Positions 47,157 to 56,796 of a DNA stretch of 64,000 nucleotides are shown here, piece after piece (within the stretch, counting starts at the first letter, position 1; each line of letters opens with the position of its first letter). The notes beneath the pieces are model-generated. The model was not told the DNA's origin, did not search any database, and saw only the letters and a program-made list of their open reading frames with translations. Where the stretch lies: the NCBI GenBank assembly GCA_943355005.1, contig CALRDV010000002.1, forward strand, positions 397-64,396, read 5' to 3'. The DNA comes from Patescibacteria group bacterium (GTDB taxonomy: Bacteria > Patescibacteriota > Microgenomatia > UBA1400 > MFAQ01). Both the position numbers and the translations under genes were made by a program.

Positions 47157-48374
47157 TTATTTTATCAATTTCAAATACTTCCTCTTCCCGATTCTCACCA
47201 CGTTTTCCCCTGGATTTAATTCCAAGTCGGTAGTACCATCAATTCTTTTTTCATTGAGATAAATGGCTCCCTCCTTAAGAAGTGTTTTGAATTCAGTATT
47301 ACTTGTTACCATTCCATTGGCCATTGCATAAGCAACCAGCGAAGCCTCAGCACCCAAAACCGGCACGGCAAACTCCACCTTAATCACTGGTGCATCTTCA
47401 CCTGCCACTTTATTTACCACTGTTTTCTGAAAATACTCTTCTGCTTGGCTAACTGCTTCTACCCCGTGAAGCTCAGACACAATAATTTTCGCAAGTTCTT
47501 TTTTGAGATTCATGGGGTTCTCTCCTTGAGCCAAACGCTTTTTGGCTTCTTCAATTACTTCAGCCGAAGCATTAGTCCCCATTTCAAAATACACAGCCAA
47601 GACATCATCGCTCGTCGACATTATTTTTCCATATATTTCTTCAGGTGAATCCTCAATCCAGATTGCATTCCCCCAACTCTTACTCATTTTTCTCCCATCG
47701 GTTCCAGGCAAGAATCCATTTGCCATGACAAAAGATTCTTTGTTTCTAAGATTTTTTTGCAGTGTTCTGCCCGCTTGCATATTGAAGGTTTGGTCCGTAC
47801 CACCCAGCTGCAAATCTGTATCCATGATGTAACTATCGTAACCTTGCATCATAGGGTAGAACACTTCTGGGAGAGCAATTCTTTTCCCCTCTGTCCACCT
47901 CTTTTTGATCAGTTCACGGCCAATGAAGTCATTTAGCGAAAAATTTTGAGCAAGTTTTAGAACATCACCAAAATTTAATTTTGAAAGCCACTCACTATTG
48001 TGAACCACTTTCACCGTTTCAAAATCTAAAAACTTCGCTGCTTGCCTTTTGTATGTCTGGAAGTTTTCTTCAATTTGCTCGTCGGTCAAGATTGGTCTTT
48101 CTGCTTCTTTGTCTGAAGTATCTCCCACCTTTGCTGTAAAGTCCCCGATCAAAAAAGTCACATTGTGCCCCATGTCGGCCAAGATTTGGAGTTTTCTTAG
48201 AGGAAAAGCATGTCCCAAATGAATTCTTGTCGCCGTCGGATCGATTCCCAAATAGACATTCAATTTCTTGTCAGAATACAAAACTTTTTCCAGCTCATTT
48301 CGGCTAGGAATTATATTTTCAACCCCTCGGGTCAAAAAACTCTCAATTAATGCTTTCTTCTTATCTTCATCCAT
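47157..48374 (-). CDS. tyrS: Tyrosyl-tRNA synthetase (canonical HLGH, KMSKS, C-terminal S4-like domain).
   Basis: …GIDPTATRIHLGHAFPL…LIGDFTAKVGDTSDK…MQGYDS…KMSKSWGN…; 405 aa. Confidence 0.85.
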   Translation of the reverse strand: MDEDKKKALIESFLTRGVENIIPSRNELEKVLYSDKKLNVYLGIDPTATRIHLGHAFPLRKLQILADMGHNVTFLIGDFTAKVGDTSDKEAERPILTDEQIEENFQTYKRQAAKFLDFETVKVVHNSEWLSKLNFGDVLKLAQNFSLNDFIGRELIKKRWTEGKRIALPEVFYPMMQGYDSYIMDTDLQLGGTDQTFNMQAGRTLQKNLRNKESFVMANGFLPGTDGRKMSKSWGNAIWIEDSPEEIYGKIMSTSDDVLAVYFEMGTNASAEVIEEAKKRLAQGENPMNLKKELAKIIVSELHGVEAVSQAEEYFQKTVVNKVAGEDAPVIKVEFAVPVLGAEASLVAYAMANGMVTSNTEFKTLLKEGAIYLNEKRIDGTTDLELNPGENVVRIGKRKYLKLIK

Positions 48375-48391
48375 ATCAATATTCTATCATC

Positions 48392-48422
48392 GTCATTACG
48401 AAGTAATCCGTGGCAATCCAGG
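48392..48422. repeat. Type-B variant in the tyrS 5' region (GTCATTACGAAGTAATCCGTGGCAATCCAGG).
   Basis: GTCATT...GTGGCAATCCAGG. Confidence 0.75.
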
Positions 48423-48430
48423 TTTTGTAA

Positions 48431-49696
48431 TTAAATAATTCTGTTATTAACCTCATTAATAACTTTCTCGGCAAACCCCTCGAGTGTCATGACACCCAAA
48501 TCTTTTTGACCTCTTTGTCTCACCGATACTTGACCACTTTCGGCTTCTTTTTCACCGATGATTAGCATGTAAGGCACTTTCGACGCCTCAGCATTTCTAA
48601 TCTTCTTCCCTAGAGAATCAGCGTCCATGTTCAATTCCACCCTTATCCCCTTAGATTTAAGTTCTTTTACTATTTTTTGCGAATACTCCATCGTTTTTTC
48701 CGAAATAGGCAACACAGCCACTTGGAAAGGTGATAGCCACACCGGAAGCGCCCCATTAAAGTGCTCGAGTAGAAAGGCTGCAATCCTTTCAACTGCACCA
48801 ATGCTGGACCTGTGAATCACTAAAGGCAATTTTTCTTCTCCATCCTTATCCACATATTTCAGATCAAATCTCGTCGGCATGACGAAGTCATACTGAACTG
48901 TAAAGGCCGTTTCTTCTGCTCCATTAATTTTCTTCATCTGGATATCTATCTTGGGACCATAGAAAGCCGCTTCCCCTTCTGCTTCCACAAAAGCACTCTT
49001 TCTTTCATTCAAGACTTCACGCAAGATTCCCTCTGATTTATCCCAGGATTTATCATCATCAAAATATTTTTTCTTGTCATTTCTATCTCCCAAAGACAGT
49101 CTATAAGAATAATCCTCACCCATCTTAAGTCCAAATATTCCAGCCATGTACTCAATCAGTTCCAGTGCGTGAGCAATTTCCGATTTTGCCTGGACTTCAT
49201 CAGCACAGATAATATGTGCGTCTGCCAAACAAAAACTTCTTACTCGAGTAAGTCCTGTAAGCACTCCGGAAAGTTCATAACGATATAGTTTCGCCATCTC
49301 AGCAATTCGCATAGGCAGTTCGCGGTAGCTTCTTGGTTTAGACAGATAAAGTTCAAAGTGATGAGGGCAAGTCATAGGACGAAGCATAAATTCTTCATCA
49401 TCCACTTGTATCGGCGCATACATTGTCTCTTTGTAATAAGGATAATGTCCAGATTTCTTATATAAATCCAGTTTGGCAATATCAGGCGTATACACATGTT
49501 GGTAGCCCCACTCGATTTCCGTATCCACGACAAACCTCTCCAGTTCACGTCGGAAAGTGGCACCTTTAGCCGTCCAAAGTGGCAAACCTTTCCCCACCGT
49601 CTCTGAGAAAGTAAACAAATCCAGTTCCCGACCAATTACCCTATGATCTCTTGGATCTAGATTTTCTTCAACAATGTTTTTATTTTTATCTTCCAT
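48431..49696 (-). CDS. thrS: Threonyl-tRNA synthetase, minimal form (catalytic and anticodon-binding domains only; no N-terminal TGS or editing domains).
   Basis: …RDHRVIGRELDLF…, class II core, C-terminal anticodon-binding domain; 421 aa. Confidence 0.8.
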   Translation of the reverse strand: MEDKNKNIVEENLDPRDHRVIGRELDLFTFSETVGKGLPLWTAKGATFRRELERFVVDTEIEWGYQHVYTPDIAKLDLYKKSGHYPYYKETMYAPIQVDDEEFMLRPMTCPHHFELYLSKPRSYRELPMRIAEMAKLYRYELSGVLTGLTRVRSFCLADAHIICADEVQAKSEIAHALELIEYMAGIFGLKMGEDYSYRLSLGDRNDKKKYFDDDKSWDKSEGILREVLNERKSAFVEAEGEAAFYGPKIDIQMKKINGAEETAFTVQYDFVMPTRFDLKYVDKDGEEKLPLVIHRSSIGAVERIAAFLLEHFNGALPVWLSPFQVAVLPISEKTMEYSQKIVKELKSKGIRVELNMDADSLGKKIRNAEASKVPYMLIIGEKEAESGQVSVRQRGQKDLGVMTLEGFAEKVINEVNNRII

Positions 49697-49733
49697 TTTT
49701 CTTTATATTTTAATAAAAATTTAAATCGTGATA

Positions 49734-49822
49734 GGTGCAGAAGACTAGCCAAAATCGAGCGCAGGGATGCCCCCGTACTCGGAGCGAGCCGAGCACTGAT
49801 TTTGACGGGCTTCGAACCAAAC
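49734..49822. repeat. Copy C of the long dispersed repeat (conserved termini, divergent middle), upstream of thrS.
   Basis: 5' GGTGCAGAAGACTAGCCAA and 3' GGGCTTCGAACC match copies A and B. Confidence 0.65.
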
Positions 49823-50002
49823 GATTTTAATTTGCAAAACAAAAAACTACCTTAACATTTGCAGGACCCCGCCTCGTTGGCGGGGGGTTCCATCCTGCTT
49901 GCTGGTAGCCGACTTAATTAGAGCTCTGGCGCTCATTTCCTGTTCCTCCGGGTTGGTAGCCCATCACCGAAACAATTTACTTCTAATTCTATTCTACCAC
50001 TA

Positions 50003-51478
50003 TCAGTCTTTTTTCACCCTTAATGGCGGGAATAGAACACCTTCTCTACCCGAGATATCTTCCAGGAACCAGAAAAGCCTTTCTGAGTGGCCCCAGCCGG
50101 ATGTCGGTGGCATACCGTACTCCAACATTTCCACAAAGTCGGCATCGAGCATCTGTGCCTCTTCATCCCCGGCTTCTCTGTGCCCTTGCTGTTCTTCAAA
50201 TCTTTGCTTCTGATCTTCAGGGTCATTCAGCTCCGTGTACCCATTCCCCAGTTCACTACCGGCGATAATCACATGGAATCTTTCTGTTAGCTCCGCACTC
50301 TCAGGTTTACTTTTGGCAAGCGGAGACATAAACTTCGGCTCATTAATTAGATATGCTGGACCTGCAATTGTTTTTCTGATTACTTTCCAGCAGTTATCAA
50401 TCAGTCTACTTCTATTAATCGCCCCTGTCAGCGCTACTCCGTGTTTCTTGACCACAGCTAGCATTTCGGCTTCGGTGGACTTAAAGATATCAATTCCTAG
50501 TTTCTCTTTGATAATTTCCACATAATCAATCTCCTTCCAATCATCTGCCAAGTCGTACTCCATCCCTCGGCTTACAAATTTAGTTTTTCCGTAAACTTCT
50601 AGAGCAATATACCTGTAAAGCTCTTTTACCAGCTCCATATTGTCTCGATAATCTGCATACGCCCAATACCATTCACACTGGTAGTATTCAGGCAAATGCT
50701 CATCATCCATTCCCTCATTCCGAAAATTAGGACCAATCGTATAAATTTTCTCAAAACCTGCTCCAATTAGTCTCTTCTGATAGAGTTCGGTGGATATTCT
50801 CAAGAAAAAGTCCTGGTCAATCGCATTCATATGAGTCACAAATGGTTTGGCATCAGCTCCTCCGGTCACACTTTCCAATACCGGTGTTTCCATTTCAATA
50901 AACCCTTTATCTTTCAGATATTTTCTAGTCACTTCCCAAAACTTTGACTTTCTTTCAAAACGTCTCATCTTCTCCTGATCCATCAGAAGATCCAGATATC
51001 TTTTCCTAAAGGCTTCGTCTGGATCCACAATCCCAGCCCATTTATCAGGCAAGGGTAATCTTGCTTTTGTCAGTATTTTAATTTCTTTTACTTGTAGAGA
51101 GACCTCACCTGTTCTCGTTTTTACGACAACTCCTTTCGCTTGAATAATGTCACCAATATCCAAAAGTTCCAGGTCTTCAAATCCGAGAATCTGTTTTTCA
51201 TTATCAGTCGGACCCATCATGTCTTCCCGGATAAACAGCTGGATTCTCCCAGTCTGGTCTTGAATCTGACCAAAAATCAACTTTCCATGTTCCCTCCAAG
51301 CCATGATTCTTCCGGCAAGAACCATTTCTTTGCTTTCATACTTCTCGAAGTTATTTACGACCTCTTTGTTTTCGGCCTCTTTTTGAGACCTTGCAGGATA
51401 CAAATCAATACCCATGAGTTTCAGGGTATCTATCTTCTTTTCTCTTTCCTTTAGAATTTCTTCCAGTCTGCTTGCCAT
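50003..51478 (-). CDS. lysS: Lysyl-tRNA synthetase, class II.
   Basis: N-terminal OB fold, class II motifs, …ELGNGYTELNDP…; 491 aa. Confidence 0.85.
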   Translation of the reverse strand: MASRLEEILKEREKKIDTLKLMGIDLYPARSQKEAENKEVVNNFEKYESKEMVLAGRIMAWREHGKLIFGQIQDQTGRIQLFIREDMMGPTDNEKQILGFEDLELLDIGDIIQAKGVVVKTRTGEVSLQVKEIKILTKARLPLPDKWAGIVDPDEAFRKRYLDLLMDQEKMRRFERKSKFWEVTRKYLKDKGFIEMETPVLESVTGGADAKPFVTHMNAIDQDFFLRISTELYQKRLIGAGFEKIYTIGPNFRNEGMDDEHLPEYYQCEWYWAYADYRDNMELVKELYRYIALEVYGKTKFVSRGMEYDLADDWKEIDYVEIIKEKLGIDIFKSTEAEMLAVVKKHGVALTGAINRSRLIDNCWKVIRKTIAGPAYLINEPKFMSPLAKSKPESAELTERFHVIIAGSELGNGYTELNDPEDQKQRFEEQQGHREAGDEEAQMLDADFVEMLEYGMPPTSGWGHSERLFWFLEDISGREGVLFPPLRVKKD

Positions 51479-51548
51479 AGCCTTAATTTTAACATCACAT
51501 ATGCTAAACTCTAATCTAAATACTCTTTAACAACACACTGGAGGCTCA

Positions 51549-51959
51549 ATGGAACTTTCCACGATAGATGACAAGCTACTGCTCTACTTTAGTCAATTTG
51601 ACCACGGATTACTTAGCGATCCAAAGAATAATCCATTTATAAGAGTTACTTTGTACAATCTTTCCCCAATCAACCCTCACGGAAATAGTTTTTTCCGATA
51701 TGTTACCAAGCCGGGAATTCCCGCCGAACACACCGAGCTTTCGACCACGAACATGGCTGCTTCTCTAACTCTCGAGTCACTCTACCTCATGCAAAAGCCC
51801 GCAAAAGTTAGACCAATCAAAGAAAATGTTGGTACTTGTCGAGGTATAGCCATAGGAAAGAATCAGGTAATTATCATTACAGTCATCTCAAACCCTGATG
51901 ATTCTCAGTTCTTGTGCCAGACAATCATCAAAGAAATTCAAACTTTATCCGGACAATAA
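51549..51959 (+). CDS. Hypothetical protein, 136 aa.
   Basis: SD GGAGG 5 nt before ATG; strong terminator at 51968-51992. Confidence 0.5.
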   Translation: MELSTIDDKLLLYFSQFDHGLLSDPKNNPFIRVTLYNLSPINPHGNSFFRYVTKPGIPAEHTELSTTNMAASLTLESLYLMQKPAKVRPIKENVGTCRGIAIGKNQVIIITVISNPDDSQFLCQTIIKEIQTLSGQ

Positions 51960-51967
51960 CCCAAACC

Positions 51968-51993
51968 AACCCCGGTATCACCGGGGTTTTTTA
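51968..51993. terminator. Terminator hairpin (ACCCCGGTATCACCGGGGTTTTTT), shared with the end of convergent argS.
   Basis: 7-bp GC stem plus T6. Confidence 0.7.
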
Positions 51994-53703
51994 CATCTTA
52001 TCCACCGTCTCAATTCCCAGAAGTTCCAATCCACTTTTAATCGCAAGCCCGGTAACCACTACCAGTAGCAGTCTCATATTTTCTTCCGGTACCCCAATCA
52101 CCCTATTTCTGTCATAAAATCCATTAAACTTTTGAGCCAGTTCAAACAAAGTTTGGCAAACTAGATGTGGAGCATAATTCTTGGCCGCCGACTCCACCAT
52201 CTCACCTTCGCCAATTCTTAGCACCAGCCATCTGGCTAATTTTTTTTCATCTTCATTCAACATTACTTCGCCATCTCGACCGTAGTGGAGAGATCTCACA
52301 CCATCAATGCCCGCCTTTTCCAGAACCCCCTTTGTTCTAACGTAGACATACTGTAAATACGGCCCACTATTCCCTTCCATACTCAGGGCCTCTTCCCATC
52401 TAAAAACATAGTCCGATTCCGGCGATCTTCTTAATTCGTTATACTTCACCGCTCCCAGCCCAATTTTCTCCGAAATTTCTTCCGATACCCTTTCCTTGGC
52501 AATTGCTCTAGCCTCTTCACCGGCTCTATCGAGAAGTTCTTCAAGCTTTACGGTTCTGCCTTTTCTGGTGCTCATTTTTCCTTCAGGCAATGTCATCATT
52601 CCGTGCGCTACGTGCTTATATTGCACATCACCTGCTTCATTCCAAAGCTTTTTTACAATATCGAATACTTGTCGAAAGTGTAAGGTTTGTTCCGCACCCA
52701 CTTCGTATATATACAAGTCGGACTTAAGCTCAGAATCATCCAGTCTTTTTCTTATGGTTGCCAGATCCCGTGTAATGTAAGTTGTTGTCCCGTTACTTTT
52801 TTGTATCATTGCGGGCGGCATATACTCTTTTCCGTCTTTTTCAAACTTCACAATTATTGCTCCTCCTTCACCCGGTTCGGCCACACCGGACTCCACAGCA
52901 TCTTTTATTATCTCCGGCATCATGTGCTCATAAGAGCTTTCACCGTACTGGTGATCGAACTTCACCCCTAGTTTTTTATAAATCACTTCGAATTCTTTCA
53001 TAGAAACATCAATACATTGTTTCCATATCTTTCTGGCAGATTCATCTCCCTTTTCCAGTCGCGCAAAAGCTTCTCTCGCCTTATCTTTTAGCTCCGGATC
53101 TTCTTCTATTTTCTTATTAAAATCGACATAGAGCGTTTCCAGATCAGACACCAACATGCTTGACACATCCAAAGAATAATCTTCTACGGCGGCAATGATC
53201 ATCCCAAACTGTGTTCCCCAATCCCCCAAGTGGTTGTCGTTGGTCACCTCTGCTCCACAGTGCCTGTAAAGATTCATTAGCGCCTGACCAATAATCGTAG
53301 ACCTTAGGTGTCCTACCGAAAATCTTTTGGCTATATTCGGTGACGAATAGTCCACCAGCACCCGTTTGCCACTCATAAATTCACTATCGGCACAGTGCCC
53401 ATCTTTCTGAAGCATTTCATTTAATCCTTCAATTAACACCTCATCCTTAATCCAAAAATTAATAAATCCCGGACCAGCTACCTCTATTTTTTCAACCACC
53501 TCCATCAACCTTTCATTCTTGTTTATTTTTTCGACTACCTCGTTTGCTAACTCTCTCGGATTCTTTCCCAAAGTTTTAGCCATCACCATAGCAATATTCG
53601 TGGCATAATCTCCCATTTTTTCGTCACCCGGATGATCCACCGAAAAATTATGCCCTTCAAAAATTTCCTTAATCGCTTTTTGTATTGTTTCTTTTATCTT
53701 CAT
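51991..53703 (-). CDS. argS: Arginyl-tRNA synthetase.
   Basis: …SSPNIAKRFSVGHLRSTIIG…, class I core; 570 aa. Confidence 0.85.
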   Translation of the reverse strand: MKIKETIQKAIKEIFEGHNFSVDHPGDEKMGDYATNIAMVMAKTLGKNPRELANEVVEKINKNERLMEVVEKIEVAGPGFINFWIKDEVLIEGLNEMLQKDGHCADSEFMSGKRVLVDYSSPNIAKRFSVGHLRSTIIGQALMNLYRHCGAEVTNDNHLGDWGTQFGMIIAAVEDYSLDVSSMLVSDLETLYVDFNKKIEEDPELKDKAREAFARLEKGDESARKIWKQCIDVSMKEFEVIYKKLGVKFDHQYGESSYEHMMPEIIKDAVESGVAEPGEGGAIIVKFEKDGKEYMPPAMIQKSNGTTTYITRDLATIRKRLDDSELKSDLYIYEVGAEQTLHFRQVFDIVKKLWNEAGDVQYKHVAHGMMTLPEGKMSTRKGRTVKLEELLDRAGEEARAIAKERVSEEISEKIGLGAVKYNELRRSPESDYVFRWEEALSMEGNSGPYLQYVYVRTKGVLEKAGIDGVRSLHYGRDGEVMLNEDEKKLARWLVLRIGEGEMVESAAKNYAPHLVCQTLFELAQKFNGFYDRNRVIGVPEENMRLLLVVVTGLAIKSGLELLGIETVDKM

Positions 53704-53728
53704 ATTCGTTATTTTTCACTCACCATTC

Positions 53729-53769
53729 GTCATTGCGAGTTTCGGTATTCCGAACCGTGGCAATCCAGG
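53729..53769. repeat. Type-B element in the argS leader, between the T-box terminator and the start codon.
   Basis: GTCATTGCGAGTTTCGGTATTCCGAACCGTGGCAATCCAGG. Confidence 0.85.
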
Positions 53770-53771
53770 CA

Positions 53772-53983
53772 AATAATAAACCCCTCACCCAAATCAAGAC
53801 AATTAATCTTAACTCAAGTCAGGGGTCTTTCGACGGTACCACCCAGTCTTTAACTCTTTGTGCTATTACGGGCTACCCCGGCGGCATTTCCTCCGCAAGC
53901 TCAGAGACGCGACTCTCTTCACAGCTAGGTATATTTTACACCACAAAAAATCCCCCATTTCTGAGGGATTAAATATCCATTTA
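53772..53983 (-). promoter_or_regulatory. T-box riboswitch leader upstream of argS. The T-box core (minus-strand RNA) is ACUGGGUGGUACCGUCG at 53828-53850; a terminator/antiterminator region follows at about 53775-53827, and the upstream region contains an AGAGA element.
   Basis: Exact GGGUGGUACCG core match; downstream hairpin plus U-rich tract; position in front of an aaRS. Confidence 0.6.
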
Positions 53984-54247
53984 CTATTTATCTTCTGGAG
54001 CAGGAATACCACCCGGAAGTGGCAATTCAAGGACACCTCTCCCTAATGCTTGAAATATTTCTTCTTTGGTCGTATAACCTTCAATCGCATTAATCAGGTC
54101 TAAAGCAACATAAAACGGAGCCTTTTCAAGATTTTGCCGACTCAAAAAGTCTAAAGATAGACCTGCCGCATGAAGAAAGGAATATCTCTCGGATACACTT
54201 CGCATCATGTGTCTAGTTAACCAATTTTTCAACAGCCTCTTGTCCAT
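53984..54247 (-). CDS. Small hypothetical protein, 87 aa (MDKRLLKNWLTRHMMRSVSERY…); tandem paralog of the next gene.
   Basis: SD GGAGG 5 nt before ATG; terminator at 53945-53975. Confidence 0.5.
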   Translation of the reverse strand: MDKRLLKNWLTRHMMRSVSERYSFLHAAGLSLDFLSRQNLEKAPFYVALDLINAIEGYTTKEEIFQALGRGVLELPLPGGIPAPEDK

Positions 54248-54262
54248 TTTTCCTCCAAAAAC

Positions 54263-54526
54263 TCAGTTTAAGGGCAAAACAATTCCCTCAGGTAAAGGCT
54301 CGACTTTAAGAGCTTCAAAGACCACAGAACCCGCCTCTTTTCCCATCCAATCAATGATGCCATTTTGGGGACCACAAAGCTGCGAAGCAATTAACCGAGG
54401 TGAAGCATCCAAATTAAATTGCGCCAGATATCTATACTCAACTCCAACCTTCAAAAGCAACGCATATCTTTCGGATGTACTTCTCATCATGTGAGCTATC
54501 ACCAACTTCTCCAAATCTTTATCCAT
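54263..54526 (-). CDS. Small hypothetical protein, about 87 aa from the internal ATG (MDKDLEKLVIAHMMRSTSERY…); paralog.
   Basis: SD GGAGGT before ATGATG; shared HMMRSxSERY motif. Confidence 0.5.
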   Translation of the reverse strand: MDKDLEKLVIAHMMRSTSERYALLLKVGVEYRYLAQFNLDASPRLIASQLCGPQNGIIDWMGKEAGSVVFEALKVEPLPEGIVLPLN

Positions 54527-54599
54527 CATACCTCCAATCAATTTTTCAGGTTCAGATTGGAATATCATATCATTATAGGTTCAACACTACAAGATGAAG

Positions 54600-55571
54600 T
54601 TACCACCCCGAGACTTTTCCGGTTAGGAATTTCTCTGCGTCTAGGGCAGCTTGACAGCCCATACCAGCTGCAGTAATTGCTTGCTTATACTTAAAGTCAA
54701 CCACATCTCCACAGCCAAAAACTCCTTGGACTGAAGTCATTGTTGGATACCCTTCAAGCCAAACCAAATCATTTCCACAAGTAATTCCTGTCTTCAAAAA
54801 TCCCTTTTCATCCAGTTCCACTTGACCTCTAAACAAATCGGTCGCCGGAAAATGTCCAATAGCCAAGAACAATCCCTCAGTCGGCATTTCTACCAACTCA
54901 TTTGTTAATAGGTTTTTAATTTTTACCCCTTCAAGTTTTTTTACCCCTTTTACTTCCACAACTTCACTATTCCAAATAATTTTAATCTTCTGGTTTATCA
55001 GCACCCGATCTTGCATTATTTTGCTGGCTTTAAGCTCAGCCCGTCTGTGGACTAGATGTATTTCTTTTGCATATTTTGTCAAAGCAAGAGCGTCTTCCAT
55101 GGCGGCATCCCCTCCACCAACTACCACTGTCACTTTATCCTTGAAGAAAGCCGCATCACAAACAGCACAAGTACTTACTCCACGCCCCATCAATTTCTCT
55201 TCACCTAAACCCAACATCTTAGATGATGCTCCTGTAGAAATTATCACCGCTTTTGCGTGGATTTCATTCTCCCCAACCCAAACTTTTTTTACCTCCCCTG
55301 TCAGCTCAACTTTAGTCACATCTTCATAACGGACTTCGGCACCAAACTTCTTAGCCTGCGCTTCCATGCTTTGCATCAAGTCGGGCCCCAAAACACCATC
55401 CACAAATCCCGGGAAATTTTCCACAGCTGTCGTATTCATCAGTTGCCCTCCGGCTTTAATTCCGGCCAACACCAAGACAGTCAAAGTTGCCCTGGATAAA
55501 TACAAAGCCGAAGTGTATCCGCTCGGCCCACCCCCAATAATTACAGCGTCCCACAGTTTGTCTTCAACCAT
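54600..55571 (-). CDS. trxB: Thioredoxin reductase.
   Basis: FAD motif VIIGGGPSG; redox CAVC. Confidence 0.85.
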   Translation of the reverse strand: MVEDKLWDAVIIGGGPSGYTSALYLSRATLTVLVLAGIKAGGQLMNTTAVENFPGFVDGVLGPDLMQSMEAQAKKFGAEVRYEDVTKVELTGEVKKVWVGENEIHAKAVIISTGASSKMLGLGEEKLMGRGVSTCAVCDAAFFKDKVTVVVGGGDAAMEDALALTKYAKEIHLVHRRAELKASKIMQDRVLINQKIKIIWNSEVVEVKGVKKLEGVKIKNLLTNELVEMPTEGLFLAIGHFPATDLFRGQVELDEKGFLKTGITCGNDLVWLEGYPTMTSVQGVFGCGDVVDFKYKQAITAAGMGCQAALDAEKFLTGKVSGW

Positions 55572-55892
55572 TTACTTTATTGCTTTATCAATCATTTGAA
55601 TGTAGGCATCCTTGCCTCCAAAACCCACCTGTCGAGCCAATTCTTTTCCCTTCAAAAATAGTATGACGGTAGGAATACTCATCACTCCATAGTCCCCTGC
55701 TACCTTCGAGTTTGCATCTACATCCACCTTACCTACAATAATTTTACCTTCATAAGTTACGGAAAGCTCATCTACAATCGGCGATACGAGGCGGCATGGG
55801 CCACACCAGTCGGCATAAAAGTCCACCATTACCGGTTTGTCGGCTTTAAGGACGTCTGTGTTAAAGTTTTGGTCTGAAAATTTTTGAACCAT
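55572..55892 (-). CDS. trxA: Thioredoxin.
   Basis: WCGPC active site; 106 aa. Confidence 0.85.
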   Translation of the reverse strand: MVQKFSDQNFNTDVLKADKPVMVDFYADWCGPCRLVSPIVDELSVTYEGKIIVGKVDVDANSKVAGDYGVMSIPTVILFLKGKELARQVGFGGKDAYIQMIDKAIK

Positions 55893-55936
55893 TTTTTTAT
55901 TTATAAATATTAAAAATAAATTGCATTAATAAATAT

Positions 55937-56164
55937 TTAGAGAAATCTCTTCAATAATTTAGCATATTCTTCTTTGTTACAGCTGTCCATGGCGTCAGCC
56001 AAAAGTGCCTTGGCCACACTTTTAAGGGAGCTCATCGAAGCCACTACTTGGGTCACAACCGCTTCACACTTCTTATCATCGGCAATCATTTTTTCTATTC
56101 CACCCACTTGCCCTTGAATTCTTTTTAGTGCTACTTGGAGTTTTTTCTTTTCTTCAACAGTCAT
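55937..56164 (-). CDS. CsoR/RcnR-family metal-sensing transcriptional repressor (about 75 aa from the internal ATG; the track ORF extends to a TTG at 56200).
   Basis: …LKRIQGQVGGIEKMIADDKKCEAVVTQVVA… matches the CsoR core. Confidence 0.55.
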   Translation of the reverse strand: MTVEEKKKLQVALKRIQGQVGGIEKMIADDKKCEAVVTQVVASMSSLKSVAKALLADAMDSCNKEEYAKLLKRFL

Positions 56165-56201
56165 ACCTCTAATATACCCCCCATGGTATGTCCATGTCAA
56201 C

Positions 56202-56753
56202 CTAGAAATTTAAAGACAACAATCCAAAGATAATAGACACTAATATGACAAACCACCTCTTCTCTTCCGGATTCACCACCCGTTTAATTTGCCAAAACCA
56301 AAGATCAAACCTCTCGTGGTTCCAGAAATAATCAAATATCAAATCAAAAACTAAATGAATTCCTATACCCAAAATGAAACCTCTGCCAAAGCTACTCGAG
56401 ACACTTGTTACCGCTAGAAGTGCCAAAACTAAATAAACCACCAAGAACAAGAAACTTCTCATTACAAGCTCCTTCTGCTCATGTCTTTCACTTAGTAGAG
56501 TCAATACCCCCTCAGAAAATTTATTTTGACCAAACAAATCTTTTAGCCTCATTCCCAGCGCCTCATTTGGCTTCATAAGAAAGCTGTATATAAATCTATC
56601 GGTAAATACGAACAGGAACCCAATTACAGCACCCAATAGCCACCACAACAAATCCAATCCAAACACAAAATTTCTTGTTATTATCTTAAAAAGAATCAAA
56701 AAAATCAAAAAACCAAACAATACCAATTGATGCAAAGTAACTTTATCTCTCAT
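56202..56753 (-). CDS. Integral membrane protein, hypothetical.
   Basis: Multiple TM helices; 183 aa. Confidence 0.5.
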   Translation of the reverse strand: MRDKVTLHQLVLFGFLIFLILFKIITRNFVFGLDLLWWLLGAVIGFLFVFTDRFIYSFLMKPNEALGMRLKDLFGQNKFSEGVLTLLSERHEQKELVMRSFLFLVVYLVLALLAVTSVSSSFGRGFILGIGIHLVFDLIFDYFWNHERFDLWFWQIKRVVNPEEKRWFVILVSIIFGLLSLNF

Positions 56754-56796
56754 ATCTCAATTAATTCTAGCACTTCAAAGTACTCCAAAGTACTGA

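Noticed and set aside
49862-49890. Hairpin CCCCGCCTCGTTGGCGGGG considered as the lysS terminator.
   Set aside because: There is no adjacent U-tract on either strand (the T-run starts about 17 nt away). I kept it only as a possible structural element.
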